A model generated the notes under the pieces. The model ran no database searches. It saw only the letters and a program-made list of their open reading frames with translations, and was not told the DNA's origin. Positions 1 to 12,099 of a stretch of 64,000 nucleotides of DNA are shown piece after piece. A program made the translations under genes and the position numbers. This stretch comes from Octopus vulgaris. Its lineage: Eukaryota. The DNA is taken from assembly GCA_951406725.2 (NCBI GenBank), contig OX597835.1, forward strand, positions 24,180,001-24,244,000. Reading direction: 5' to 3'. Numbering within the stretch: position 1 is the stretch's first letter; each line of letters starts with the position of its first letter.

Positions 1-217
1 ACGTGCATGTCTTTGTGTCTATGTTTGCCCTCCACCACTGCTTGACAGCCAGTGTTGGTATGTTTACATTCCTGTGAAGATTTATTTCAATTTTAATAAA
101 CAGTATATTACTCTACCTTTGGTATTTGAGTACTAATTTACCCACCTTGTTTCACATTTTTGTGCTTACTTATGTGTGCGCACACACACACACACACATA
201 GGTGTGTGTGTGTATAT

Positions 218-495
218 ATATATACGGCAGTTTGTCTGTGCATGTTTCTGTGTGTCTGTTTGCTTGTACCTCACTGACCACGGCTTTCAGCCGATTCTGA
301 TGAAACTTGACACACACATACATACATATATAAACATATATATATATATATAAATACATACAGAATATATAACAAACATATATATATATATATACATACA
401 TACATATATAAACCATATATATATTTCCATTTATACATAACTTATAAAAATGCTTTATACATTTCACTTACAAACCTGAGCAACGCCGGCGATAC
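218..495 (+). mobile_element. Non-autonomous Helitron-like remnant
   Basis: tctgt-rich 5' part, ccgattctgatgaaacttgacacac motif and a subterminal cctgagcaacgccggcgatac hairpin-like segment; the terminal CTAG is lost. Confidence 0.45.
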
Positions 496-513
496 ATATG
501 TATATATATATAT

Positions 514-565
<52 letters not shown>

Positions 566-631
566 TATACATAAACAGACATACATATATACACACACGC
601 ACATATATATATATGTTTTTGTTTGTTACAG

Positions 632-714
632 GGTTGTTTTGCATCATACCATGTATTGATTCCTATAGCAAAGTTGATATGAGGACTGTCTCTTTTGATG
701 TGCCGCCCCAGGAG
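632..714 (+). CDS. Stomatin/MEC-2-like (SPFH/band 7) gene, internal exon; upstream exons lie outside the window
   Basis: tttgttacag acceptor and GAG|gtatgt donor; 83 nt, phase 1-0; encodes (G)LFCIIPCIDSYSKVDMRTVSFDVPPQE, matching the stomatin GLFFILPC..VDMRT.SFD.PPQE motif. Confidence 0.95.
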
Positions 715-924
715 GTATGTAACTCTGGCTTCCTTTGATCCTCATTACCCTTTCTCATCTTCAAATCAATGCCTGCGCCATAGATATTTCTACTGGAACC
801 TAATTTGTAAATAACAGTTTGCTTGGAAATCTGACTAAAATTGTACTCTGCAAAGAGAGAAGGGGTTATTTAGCTTAAGGTCAGACCTAATTGGGCAGTT
901 CTTTAATCAGAGACATCAGTGAAA

Positions 925-1215
925 GCCTGTGGCTCAGGGGTTTGGGCATTTTATTCACAATCACAAGATCAGGAGTTCCCAGCTGTGCATTGAGTTCTTG
1001 AGCAAGATATTCTATTTCATGTTGCTCCAGTCCACTCAGCTCGCAAAACTGAGTCGTACCAGTAATTCAAAGGGTGCTGGCCTTGTCACATTCTATGTCA
1101 CGCTGAACCTCCCTGAGACTATGTTATGGGTACATGTGTCTGTGGAGCGCTCAGCCACTTGCATATTAATTTCACGAGCAGGCTGTTCTGTTGACTGGAT
1201 CAACTTGGACACATA
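925..1215 (+). mobile_element. tRNA-derived SINE family C (other copies about 8413-8735 -, 14287-14610 -, 47231-47573 +, partial 9985-10120, 12660-12770, 46700-46800)
   Basis: Shared body cttgagcaag...ttgctccagtccactcagct...gagtgctcagccacttgcacgttaatttcacgagcaggctgttc. Better copies have a tRNA-like A/B-box head (gtggcttagtggttaggg...gagttcaattcc). Confidence 0.75.
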
Positions 1216-1329
1216 AAGGTCTTGACAGAGATGTATTTATTTAGGAATATCTATGCTCCCAGTCCATGGTACATTTTGGAGGACTGTAACTTCCTACATA
1301 GTACAGAGTTTCCAGTTAGATGTACCCCT

Positions 1330-1710
1330 TCCATGGTACTTCTTTACAGCTAAGCATACTGTATCTATCTGTTGTACCTGTTTGCATCTATAAGTACTGT
1401 ACCACCATACATAGTACCTAATTACACTTATGACTCCTGTACTTCTCTATGGCACCTAGTGTTGTATAGTACTGTACCTTTGTGGTGCCTAGTCACACCT
1501 ATGAGTACTGTACTTCTCTGGGGTACCTAGTTATAACTAGGAATATTGTAGCTTTGGTACTTAGTTACTATACTTCTTTCTCTGGTACCTAGTTACAACA
1601 AGGAGTACCGTACTGACTTTCTCTCTCTCTCTGGTACCTAGTTACACCTCTGTACCTCCCATATGGTACCTAGTTGCAGCTAGGAGTACTGTACATCTTC
1701 AGAGTACCTA
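1330..1710. repeat. Degenerate intronic minisatellite (about 35-40 bp unit, ggtacctagttacacctatgagtactgtacttctct)
   Basis: Recurring ggtacctagtt and agtactgtac motifs at regular spacing. Confidence 0.65.
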
Positions 1711-1872
1711 TTTGTTGTGAGCGTTGTGCCTTCCACATGAAACCCAATTATATTAGCCAAGGGTTGTTATATTTCTTATGATAATACCAATTAACATCTA
1801 GACAAGAGCCCTGTAAACCCTAACAGCCCCTAATCTCTTTGTTTTTATTTATTTCTTCCCTTTTTCTTTCAG

Positions 1873-2076
1873 GTACTCACCAAAGACTCAGTGACTGTAG
1901 CAGTGGATGCAGTTGTGTACTTCAGAGTCCAGAATGCCACGATGTCCATTGCCAATGTAGAGGATGCGAATCGGTCAACTCGGCTCCTGGCACAGACCAC
2001 TTTGAGAAATACTCTTGGAACAAAGAACCTCAGTGAGATTTTGTCCGACAGAGAAACGATCAGTCATTTGATGCAG
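1873..2076 (+). CDS. Stomatin-like gene, internal exon (SPFH core)
   Basis: tttttctttcag acceptor and CAG|gtcatt donor; 204 nt, phase 0-0; VLTKDSVTVAVDAVVYFRVQNATMSIANVEDANRSTRLLAQTTLRNTLGTKNLSEILSDRETISHLMQ. Confidence 0.97.
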
Positions 2077-2098
2077 GTCATTTCAACGAACCTTCCTA

Positions 2099-2156
<58 letters not shown>

Positions 2157-2353
2157 GTCTCTTCCTTCCTCATTCTCTCTCTTTATGTCTATCTGTTTAC
2201 CTCTCATTGTCTCTCTTTTTATCAATGTCTCTCTCTCTCTGTCTCTCCCTGCCTATTTCTATCAATCTGATTCTTCCTTCCTTTCTCTCACTTTCTCCCT
2301 ATTTCTATCAATCAGTCTTTTCTTTCTTCTCTCTGTCTCTGGTTGTGATAAGG

Positions 2354-2395
<42 letters not shown>

Positions 2396-2578
2396 TCTCT
2401 ATTTTTGTACACCTGTCAGTCTGTCTGTCTGTCCTTCCTGGAAAACCTGCATACATCTGACTTTACATTAAATTTCTACTTTAAGATGTTTACATGTATA
2501 TATGTATCCTCAACACTCACACATATACATACACCTCTAAATGATGCTAATTATCTTCGTTCTGTTATCATTACTCAG

Positions 2579-2634
2579 AGTTCCCTTGATGAAGCCACAG
2601 ATCCATGGGGAGTACGAGTTGAAAGGGTTGAGGT
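2579..2634 (+). CDS. Stomatin-like gene, internal exon
   Basis: ttactcag acceptor and GT|gtaagt donor; 56 nt, phase 0-2; SSLDEATDPWGVRVERVE(V). Confidence 0.95.
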
Positions 2635-2788
2635 GTAAGTAGGCATTGCGAGCTTTTTTGTTTGTGTTTACACATTGTTTATACAGTGTTTGTGTTTACA
2701 CATTGTTTATACAGTGTCTGTTTGTGTTTACATATCATTTAATCAGTGCTGGTTTGGTTTTTTATACAATACTGGTTTGTGTTTAATA

Positions 2789-3250
2789 TGGCGAGTTAGC
2801 AGAAATGTTAGCACGCCGGGCGAAATGCTTAGCGGTATTTTGTCTGCTGTTACGTTCTGAGTTCAAATTCCATCGAGGTCGACTTTGCCTTTCATCCTTT
2901 CGGGGTCGATTAAATTGAGTGCCAGTTACGCACAGGGATCGAAATAATAGACTTAATCTGTTTGTCTGTCCTTGTTTGTCCCCTCTGTGTGTAGCCCCTG
3001 GTGGGCAGTAAAGAAATAAGAAAAATAGCCCCTTGTGGGCAGTAAAGAAATGTTAGCATGCCAAGCAAAATGCTTAGCGGTATTTCGTCTGTCTTTACGT
3101 TCTGAGTTCGAATTCCGCTGAGGTCGACCTTTGCCTTCCATCCTTTTTGGGGATCTATAAATTAAGTACCAGTTGTGTACTGGGGTTGATCTAATCGACT
3201 GGCTCCGCTTCCCAAGAAGTTCAGGCCTTGTGCCTAGAGTAGAAAAGAAT
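2789..3250 (+). mobile_element. tRNA-derived SINE family A, two tandem copies in the stomatin intron
   Basis: ggcgagttagcagaaatgttagcacg...ctgagttcaaattcc...gtcgactttgcctttcatcctttcggggtcgat core, recurring many times in the window. Confidence 0.85.
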
Positions 3251-3319
3251 ATTGGTTTGTGTTTGCACATTTGCACATTGTTATTTACACGTTGTGTTGT
3301 TTATTCTGTTTACATATGA

Positions 3320-3690
3320 GTATGTAAAGTATGAAGTTTCTCGGAATGGTTATGTTTAATAAAGAATAGTTCTAACATCATCTACTTTGAAATAGTCCCC
3401 TTGTGCGAGCAATACCCTGTACCCAGCGTTCCTGCCACTTTTGGCATCCAACCTGGAAGTCGTTTTCTATAAGTGAGTTGAGGACCTCGAGTGATTCACT
3501 CTGGATCTCAAAAACTTGAAATGGTAACCTTTGACCTGCATTTGCATCTCAGGGAAGAGATGGACGTCCACAGGCATCCACACTGCCTCATGAAGGTCAC
3601 AGCTAGCTCTCACTGCACATGCAACCATGTGCTGCCATCTGTTGGCATGCTACAGAGTTAGTCCAGAAACTTTTTTAGACCACCTTGTAT
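3320..3690 (-). mobile_element. Internally deleted mariner transposon remnant
   Basis: Minus strand encodes DFQVGCQKWQERWVQGIA..QGDYFK, the mariner transposase C-terminus; TIR-like end tacaaggtggtctaaaaaagtttctggac near 3690. Confidence 0.65.
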
Positions 3691-3896
3691 CAAGTTTACA
3701 CACTAGCAGCTTTACACATTAGTGTGTTCTATTTACGTGTAAGCTTGATGCATGTACACATCTGTATGTTGTGTTCACATTCTTCCCCTCAAATATATAG
3801 CTTTATACCTGCGTATGTTATATTATGTTGTTGTTGTTGTTGTTATTTATGTTGTTTGTTGGAATAACAAACTCTAAATTGTTGTTTGTCCTACAG

Positions 3897-3975
3897 TAAA
3901 GACGTCCGCTTACCTGTACAGCTACAAAGAGCTATGGCAGCTGAAGCTGAGGCCACTCGTGAGGCAAGAGCGAAG
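3897..3975 (+). CDS. Stomatin-like gene, internal exon (coiled-coil region)
   Basis: gtcctacag acceptor and AAG|gtaagt donor; 79 nt, phase 2-0; KDVRLPVQLQRAMAAEAEATREARAK. Confidence 0.96.
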
Positions 3976-4074
3976 GTAAGTGTCATCATCATTACTTACT
4001 CAACTGTGTGTGTGTGTGTGTGATGCATAGAAGACGGATGTTAAACAACAATGAGGATGGATTGGAATTGAGTT

Positions 4075-4316
4075 AGCACATAAAAAGCACCGTCTGAACA
4101 TGGCCGATGCCAGTGCCACCTGACTTGCTCCTGTGCTGGTGGCACGTAAAAAGCACCCACTACACTCTCGGAGTGGTTGGCATTAGGAAGGGCATCCATC
4201 TGTAGAAACGTTGTCAGATCAAATTGGAGCCTGGTGCGGCCTCCTAGCTTGCCAGTCTCCAGTCAAACTGTCCAACCCATGCCAGCATGGAAAATGGATG
4301 TTAAACGATGATGATG
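4075..4316 (+). mobile_element. SINE family D with RTE-type (GAT)n tail (other copies about 13843-14258, 16008-16322, 33425-33733, 34961-35131, 46150-46533, 51390-51538 on +; 36862-37178, 47034-47190 on -)
   Basis: gtggcacgtaaaaagcacc subrepeats, then ttggcattaggaagggcatcc...caacccatgccagcatggaaaatggatgttaaacgatgatgatg. Confidence 0.8.
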
Positions 4317-4409
4317 TGTTATGATATTTAGTTGCAGCTTGTATTTTTTAGTGTTATGATAGGATATTTATTTAAGATATATATCACCCAGTGTACTGAT
4401 ATTTAGGTA

Positions 4410-4700
4410 TAGGCGTGGCTGTGTGGTTTGAAGCTTGCTTCCTACCCACATGGTTTCCGGGTTCAGTCCCACTGCATGGCACCTTGGGTAAGTGTCTTCT
4501 ACTATAGCCATGGGCCAACCAAAGCCTTGTGAGTGGATTTGGTAGATGGAAACTGAAAGAGGCCCTTCATATATACATATATGTGTGTGTGTATGTATAT
4601 ATTTATGTGCCAGTGTTTATCCCCCCCCACCACCACCACCATCACCTGACAACCGATGTTGGTGTGTTTACACCCCTGTAACATAGCAGTTTGACAAAGA
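4410..4700 (+). mobile_element. tRNA-derived SINE family B with CORE-like segment
   Basis: gtggctgtgtggt...ggttcagtcccactgcatggcaccttggg..agtgtcttctactatagcc, then an internal (TA/TG)n and the gacaaccgatg tail. Confidence 0.75.
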
Positions 4701-5184
4701 ACACTGAGGTGACAATTATTCGGTTGCAATATCTTCAGTCATCAAGGCAATGCCGGTGCAGGTTTCTGCCCCAACATCTGAAACTCAGAGTTTTATTATG
4801 GTAAGCGAATGATTGTCACATATTAAATTACAAATAAATTCCTCTATTGACACAATATCGAGATCGCCTTCATACTTTTGTTGTCTTACCATTACTTTTA
4901 ATAATTTATTAATGTCTATATTTTATGGTTTTTGTAGATATAAAAATAAATAATTAATATACCATTTTGCCATTGTTAACTTGTCTGTGTTTGTCACCCC
5001 AACATCGCTTGACATCCGATACTGGTATGTTTACGTCTCCATAACTTAGTGGTTCGGCAAAAAGTGACCAATAGAATAAGTATTAGGCTTACAAAGAATA
5101 AGTCCTGGGGTCAATTTGCTCGACTAAAAGGTGGTGCTCTACCTTTTAGTCTGAAACAAGTAAAAGAATAAAAGAATATATATA

Positions 5185-5315
5185 CAGGGTGTCCCCAAAA
5201 AATGTATACACACCTTAAATAATTGTAAATTTGTTATTCTTTGTAAGCCTAGTACTTATTCTATCGTTCTCTTTTGCCGAACCACTATGTGTATACATTT
5301 TTTGGGGACACCCTG
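5185..5315. mobile_element. 131-bp Tc1/mariner-type MITE
   Basis: Perfect 28-bp TIRs CAGGGTGTCCCCAAAAAATGTATACACA, flanked by TA on both sides. Confidence 0.9.
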
Positions 5316-5544
5316 TATATACATAGCTGTGTATGTATTATCCTGGATCAGTCTATTACTCTCTTTCTCTCTCTCTCCCTCCCTCTCTCTCTCCCTCCCC
5401 CTCTCTCTCTCCCTCTCTCTCTCCCCTCTCTCTCCCTCTCTCTCCTCCCTCTCTCCCTCCCCCTCTCTCTCTCTCTCTCTCCCTCTCTCTCTCTCTATTT
5501 CATGTTCTATTCACTGTTAATGTTCTTCTCTCCATCTTCCTCAG

Positions 5545-5742
5545 GTGATTGCTGCTGAAGGTGAACAGAGGGCCTCTCGTGCCTTGAAGGAAGCTGCTGA
5601 CATCATGTGCGAGTCACCTGCCTCTCTGCAACTCCGTTACCTCCAAACCCTCAACACAATCTCCGCCGAGAAAAACTCCACCATCATATTCCCGCTACCC
5701 ATTGAGGTTATGAGGAACTTCATGCAGCCTCAGTCCCACTAA
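5545..5742 (+). CDS. Stomatin-like gene, last coding exon
   Basis: cttcctcag acceptor; VIAAEGEQRASRALKEAADIMCESPASLQLRYLQTLNTISAEKNSTIIFPLPIEVMRNFMQPQSH*, including the LQLRYLQTL and STIIFPLPI motifs. Confidence 0.97.
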   Translation: MIAAEGEQRASRALKEAADIMCESPASLQLRYLQTLNTISAEKNSTIIFPLPIEVMRNFMQPQSH

Positions 5743-7071
5743 CCGGTCTGCTTACGGTAGACAAACAGAGCAGTGAGCAGTGATGGTGATCACTATACCC
5801 ACCACTGCAGAAACAGAGAAAGGACGGGGGTTATGTAGGATGCATGAAGAGCGAAGTGGGGGGTGGGGGTGGAGAGAAAGGAAACTTTTTCTTTTCTTTT
5901 TTTTTTTCTTTTTTTTTCCAAAATTTGTTTTGCGATGGTTGGCAACAACCTGCTGCATTTGATGACAGCAGGGTGGGAGAGCTTAAGAATTGTCGTGTGG
6001 TGTGATGTGATGTAGTGATGTTGATGCAGCAGTGAGGAGTGGAGGAGGACGAGGGGGGCATTTTGAGTGAGCAAGTGGAGGGTGGAGCGAGGAAGGATTG
6101 AGAGGATGAGAGATAAATGGGAAGTCAGTGAGAGAGAGAGAGAAAGAGAGGGCATGTCAGTGTGTGAAAGGAAGAGAGCAAGGTGAATGAGTGAAGGTGT
6201 GAGGTGGAATGGGTGAAAGTATGAAAGAATAAGAAAGAAAGCGAGAGTGTAGAAATGAAAGTGCTGTTAGCGAAAGATAGACAGACAGACAGACAGACAG
6301 AAGGGTTGGGGGTGGGATTTTTTTCAGAAATAAATTTATATAATGATGGTGGGAGGGAAGATAAAAAAAAAAAAGAAGAAAAAAATTAAACCTACAAAAA
6401 AAAAAATGAAAATAATTTTCAAAATTTAAAAAAAAAAAAAAAAAAATTCAAAAAAAGAATAACCAAACTTCTGAAACAATTTTTTGTCTTTTTTTTTTTT
6501 TTTTTTTTTTTTGCATTTGTTGTTTAATTGCTTTAATTGCAGTTTTCATTTCTTCTCTGCTTCCACCATCACCGCCACCACTATCGCTACCACAATGACG
6601 ACAACTGCCACCACCACCACCACCACCACCACCGTTGCAGCCACTCTGTTTCTATCTGTTAAGATTCTCCGGAAATTTGAGTGGGGGAGGAACTGAGGGA
6701 GGGAGGGAGATTAGGGCAAGAATGGTTGATTATTGTTTCCTTTTTTCTTTTCTTTTTAAGTTTCTAATTTAATTACAAATATAAAATCAATTACCTAATT
6801 GAAATAACTTTATTAACAAAATATTGTTTTTAAACATTTGCTTTATATATATAATACATATACATTATATATATATATATATATATATAAGTATTATATC
6901 CATGTATATGTATGTATTATATATGTATATATATGTATTATACATATGTATGTATTATGTATATATAATATATATATATATATATATGTATTATACATAT
7001 GTATGTATTATGTATATATAATAATATATATATATATAGATGTATATTTATTATATAATATATATATATGA

Positions 7072-7116
<45 letters not shown>

Positions 7117-7162
7117 TATATATATGTGTGTATATATATATGTGTATATATATATATATGTG

Positions 7163-7194
<32 letters not shown>

Positions 7195-7604
7195 CACATA
7201 TATAGATACTCTATAATATTTATATGTATAATTATTTGGTAACACTTGCAAAAACAGAAAGCAAAAGGAAAGTAATGATAACTCATAAGTATAATTAACG
7301 ATGATAATCATTTCAGGCACAAGGCCACGAAACTATTATTACTATTACTACTAATAATAATACAACAATAATAATAATAACAATAATAATAATGATAATA
7401 AAGAAAATATGATTAACAGTAATGTAAAAAAAAATAATGATGATTATTCATACCGCTAGCAATATTTATGATTATAACAATTATTATAATCATGATAATA
7501 ATGGTGATGATAATAATGAAATATAGAGCAAAATAATAATGGAAGACCTATTCTAGATTTCACAAAACTGATTTTATTAAGCAAAGAAAAACAATTTTTT
7601 TATA

Positions 7605-7705
7605 AATAAATTTCATATGAAATAAAAAATATATAAATATCAATAAAAAAATATCATAAAAAATACAAGAAATTTTGATTGATATATAATTTGTATGTGT
7701 GTGTA
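7605..7705 (+). terminator. Candidate polyadenylation region of the stomatin-like gene (about 1.9 kb 3'UTR)
   Basis: AATAAA at 7605, 7621 and 7642, followed by GT-rich ttgtatgtgtgtgt near 7691; interspersed repeats resume just downstream. Earlier AATAAA hexamers also exist. Confidence 0.4.
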
Positions 7706-8008
7706 ATTAGATATTTGTTTCGTTAGATCTCATCTTCGATATCATTTGACGTCACATCCGCTTTTCCATGTTTGCATGTTTGTTGAGGGTGCCTTTCCTG
7801 TCACCAACCCTCACCTGTTAACGAGTAAGGTGATATTTCCCCCACAACCAGACATGTTTTTGTGGAAGATTGGAAACAGACACCACATGCTTTACAACTA
7901 CCACATAACATCATGGCAAGGAGGCATTAAAACACACCCACCATCATCATCATAATCAATGTTTACTGTCTGTTTTCCAAGCTGGTATGGGTTGGATGGC
8001 TTGACATT

Positions 8009-8241
8009 ATATTTCTTTATTACCCACAAGGGGCTAAACACAGAGGGGACAAACAAAGACAGACAAACAGATTAAGTCGATTACATCGACCCCAGTGCGT
8101 AACTGGTACTTAATTTATCGACCCCGAAAGGATGAAAGGCAAAGTCGACCACGGCAGAATTTGAACTCGGAACGTAACGGCAGATGAAATACGGCTACAC
8201 ATTTCGCCCGACGTGCTAATGTTTCTGCCAGCTCACCACCT
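8009..8241 (-). mobile_element. SINE family A
   Basis: Reverse complement of the family A consensus; flanked by a ttgatggcttgacatta-like direct repeat (probable TSD). Confidence 0.85.
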
Positions 8242-9502
8242 TTTGATGGCTTGACATTAGTCAACCTGGAGCTATAATAGGAGACACATGCCCAAGGTGC
8301 CACACAGTGGGACTGAACCTGAGACCATGTGGCTGGCAAGCAAACTTCTTACCACACAACCATGTCTGCATCAATGATATGTATACACACATAATCTGTG
8401 TATATGCATCCTGGTACTCCGCCGGTTAATATGACCAAGATTCCAGTTGATCCAATCAACAGAACACCGTGCTTGTGAAATTAATATCTAAGTGGCTGAG
8501 TACTCCACAGACATGCATACCCTCAGTGTTGTTCTCAGGGAGATTCAGCATGACACAGAATGTGACAAGGCTGGCCCCTTTGAATTATGGGTACAACTCA
8601 TTTTTACCAGCTGAGTGGACTGGAGCAAGATGAAAAAAAGTCTTGCTCAAGGACCCAATGTGTGGTCGAGAATTGAACTCATGAACTTAAAGTCGGGAGC
8701 CAAATACCCTAACCATTAAGCCATGCACCTTCACCTTGGATCTTGTGTGTGTCATTATTCATCATCATTGTTACAATGCTTTTCCATGTTTGCATGGATC
8801 AGAGTAGAATTCTTTGGGGCTGAGTTTTTCTATAAACCAGAAACCCTTTCTGCTGCCCTCTGCCACCTGGAACAGCATCAGTCACAGTGAACTGAAAACA
8901 AATGCCCCGTTGTGCAGTGAGCCTTTTGTTTACAAAGATTGTGCAACAGGTCAAAGAACCTGGGCTTTCACAGTGGACTGCAAGCAAATGCCATCATTAG
9001 CAAAACCATTGTTTACAACCAGTGAATGATCACATATGGAAACAATACACACATTCACACACATCATTATCATTATCGTCATCATCATCATTTAATGTCC
9101 CCTTTTCATGCTGGCATGGGTTAGATGGTTCAACAGTAATTAACAAGCCAGATGATGAAGCTGAGCTCCAGAGTCTGCTTTTGGCATAATTTTTACAGCC
9201 GGGTGCCCTTCTTAATGTCAATCACTTCACAGAGTGTAATTGGGCAGTCGGTGTGTGTGGGGGGGGGGGGCTTCATCAGCACTGATGAGGTCACATAGTA
9301 CTTGCTAGACAAAACTCCCTCAACTGAATGCAGAACGGTATCGGGGGATATGAAAATATGGCAGAGAGACAGGAGCGGGTGTCTTGCTGAAGTGTTAAAT
9401 GCATGGCTTTCCTCATCTGGAAAGAGAGATGCGAGATTAAGGTATAAGCTAAGAGATAATGGGGATAAGACAAAAACATACAGATGGGTATATATATATA
9501 TA

Positions 9503-9820
9503 TACCGGAGTAAACACAAATGTGAAACAAGGTGGAAAAAAGAGTACTCAAATACCAGGGGTAGAGTAATATGTTTTATTTAAAGGCAACAGAAATTCAA
9601 CAAAACCTGTTGCTCGGAGTTTCACGTTCCCGTTCGTCAGACAGTTTTGTTAAAATTTCTGCTGCTTTTAAATAAAGTATATATGTTTTCCCTTCTCTGG
9701 ATCTTTCCTTCTCCTATGTTTCCGACAAAGAGCCCCGCTCGAAACGCGTCCAATAATACTATATTTGTTCCATGTCCTCGCGTTGTGTTTTTTTGTGCTT
9801 TCGTGTTTGGATTAACTATA
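9503..9820. mobile_element. Penelope-like pseudo-LTR foldback element (family H1) plus an adjacent H4-like terminus
   Basis: Between (TA)n tracts, with inverted arms; homologous to 60442-60655 and 90-172; contains hammerhead-like cores. Confidence 0.6.
9601..9649 (-). ncRNA. Minimal type-I hammerhead ribozyme motif (one core lesion)
   Basis: Minus strand reads CAAAACUGU-CUGACGA-ACG GGAA CGU-GAAACUC C GAGCA-ACAGGUUUUG: stem I, core and stem II present; cleavage triplet is GCA instead of GUA. Confidence 0.7.
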
Positions 9821-11686
9821 TATATATATATATATATATATCACAGTATCCACCAGACTGTCAAATGTTGTTATACTTTGCTGGTCACAATGTACTTTGC
9901 ATTGTTTTAGCTTTTAAATGATGCCACTCCATGGCCTAAGCAGGCAAGCAAACATCCCCCCCCCCCCCCTAATTGGGGTATTCCATTGAAGCTGAGTCAG
10001 CTGGAGCAGTGAGAAATGAAGTGTTTTGCTGAAAAACACAATGTGCTGCCAGGTCTGGGAATTGAACACATGATCTAGCAATTGGGGAATGCAGCACCTA
10101 ACCTCTGGGCCACACGCCTTCATATGGGTATATGTATTTATATAAGTACGTGGATGTGTGGGCGGTATATTATTAGGGGCCAATGCTAACTTGGTATGTA
10201 TGTATGTGTATATATATATATACTCTCAAAAGTAAATAGACACCTTTCATTATATTGTTTTTACCTGTGTGGACACAATCTGCTACTTCAAACATGTTAA
10301 TGTGTTATGTGCAAGGCATGTCTACTAAATATCGGAATAAGTATTTAAATGCATCAAATTAACCTCTTTTTTTTTCTAGAAATAAATCTTTAAAAAATAA
10401 CGTGTGTGTCTATATGTATATATATATATATAGACACGTACACACAGTAAGTTTTGAAAATCACAAAATTGTGAAACCAGTAAAATAAACCTCTTTTTCT
10501 TGTGTACATATGACACAGATTTACAAATATTTACAAAGGAAAAAGGTGTCACCTACTTTTTTTTTTTTTTTTTTTTTGTAAGTTGTGTTAATATGAGACC
10601 TTTTGTGACTCAGGAAGCAGTTATGACTCATTCTTGAATATCATTGGTCTTTTTTTTTTCTCCACCAGGAATGTAATCAATTTCTTACATGCATTGGTCG
10701 ATAGGGTGATGCCTCTATATTTTTCTGGTCCCTATAACCAGAGACCTTTAGAAAAAGTCATAAGAGCATCTTTTTTCCTTTCCTTTTTTTTTTTTTTAAT
10801 TTTTTAAAATATTATTTTCTTTCTATTGTGGGTTGTAATTAATTTTCTAATTTAGAAACAAGGACAGCAATTTTGTGGGGAGCTGAACTAAATATTTTCG
10901 ACCTCTGTACTTGACTGATACTTTATTTTAACCCTGAAAGATAAAGGGGAGAACTGACTTTGGTAGGATTTGACCTCAAAGTGTAAATGACTGGAGGAAA
11001 TATCAGTATTTTGTCCATTGCACTTATGATCCTGACTACTGAGTGCAGAACATCAGTTCAGGTTTTACTTACAACATACCAACACAATGGATGTTGTAGC
11101 AAGTTTGTTTGTCATTTAGACTACCTGGCTGACAAACCCAGGTAGATGCTTCCACTTCAGTATTGTATAAGTTAATGAGAAAAACAAAGAAATGCAACAG
11201 CTGAAAAACAAAGCAAGACATCTGGTGTTTTACTTGTTTGGCAAGTAAATTGATTTGATCTGATCTGAGCCGAGATTGAGAGCACGTCTTAAAACCTTAA
11301 CAAATACATTAGAAAAAGAATTTCACACATACAACAAACACACACATATGTGTGTAAGCGTGCATGTACACATGCCATTGTGTGTTCAATTTTGTTTTGT
11401 TTCATGTTAAGACTACTCTTACTTTCACAAGTTACTCTTTGATGCAAAACTGTTTTGAAAATGTTCATATCAAAACCTAAATTATAAACTTCTCATTGTA
11501 ATTTGATTTTACAAAAACCTGTTAAGTTTGTTCCTTAGCATCGGTTTAAACCCTTTTTGTGACCACATTCCTATCAAAATACACTGATTTTGTTTTTTAT
11601 AAAGTGACAAAAACTCTCACTAGACATCTGTGACTGGATCACTGACACATCCTTACCAAGTAAGAATGTTTTTTGGCTGGAGAATA

Positions 11687-12094
11687 TTAACCCTTTAGCA
11701 TTTAAACTGGTCATATCCATCCAAAATATTGTTTTATGCTCAAACTGGTTAGATGTGGCCTTTCACTTCAATCCTACAATATCATTCTAAAAATTAAGTT
11801 ACCTCATTAAAATCTCAAAGCTATGAGATAATGCAGGATTAAATAAGCATTACATTTGACAGAATAATCTGAATGCTAAACAGTTAAACTAGCCATATCT
11901 AACCCAGATATTCTATTTTCTGTTCAAACCATCCAGATCCAGCCTCTCACACCTACCTTACAATGTCATTCTAATAATAAACAATCTCATCATTGAAATC
12001 TTGAAGCAATGAGATAATGCAGGATTAATTCAAAAGAAGGTGGATTAAATAATCATCACTATTGGCAGAGTAATCTGAATGCCAAAAGGGTTAA
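11687..12094. mobile_element. piggyBac-like TTAA MITE, tandem pair (other copies about 25326-25547, 57961-58188, partial 49590-49680)
   Basis: Ends TTAA-CCCTTTAGCATT...AATGCCAAAAGGG-TTAA with a shared ~200 bp body. Confidence 0.75.
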
Positions 12095-12099
12095 AGGGT

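Noticed and set aside
290-312. CTGATGAAAC as a hammerhead core
   Set aside because: No stem II between CUGAUGA and GAAA; it is part of a common Helitron-like motif.
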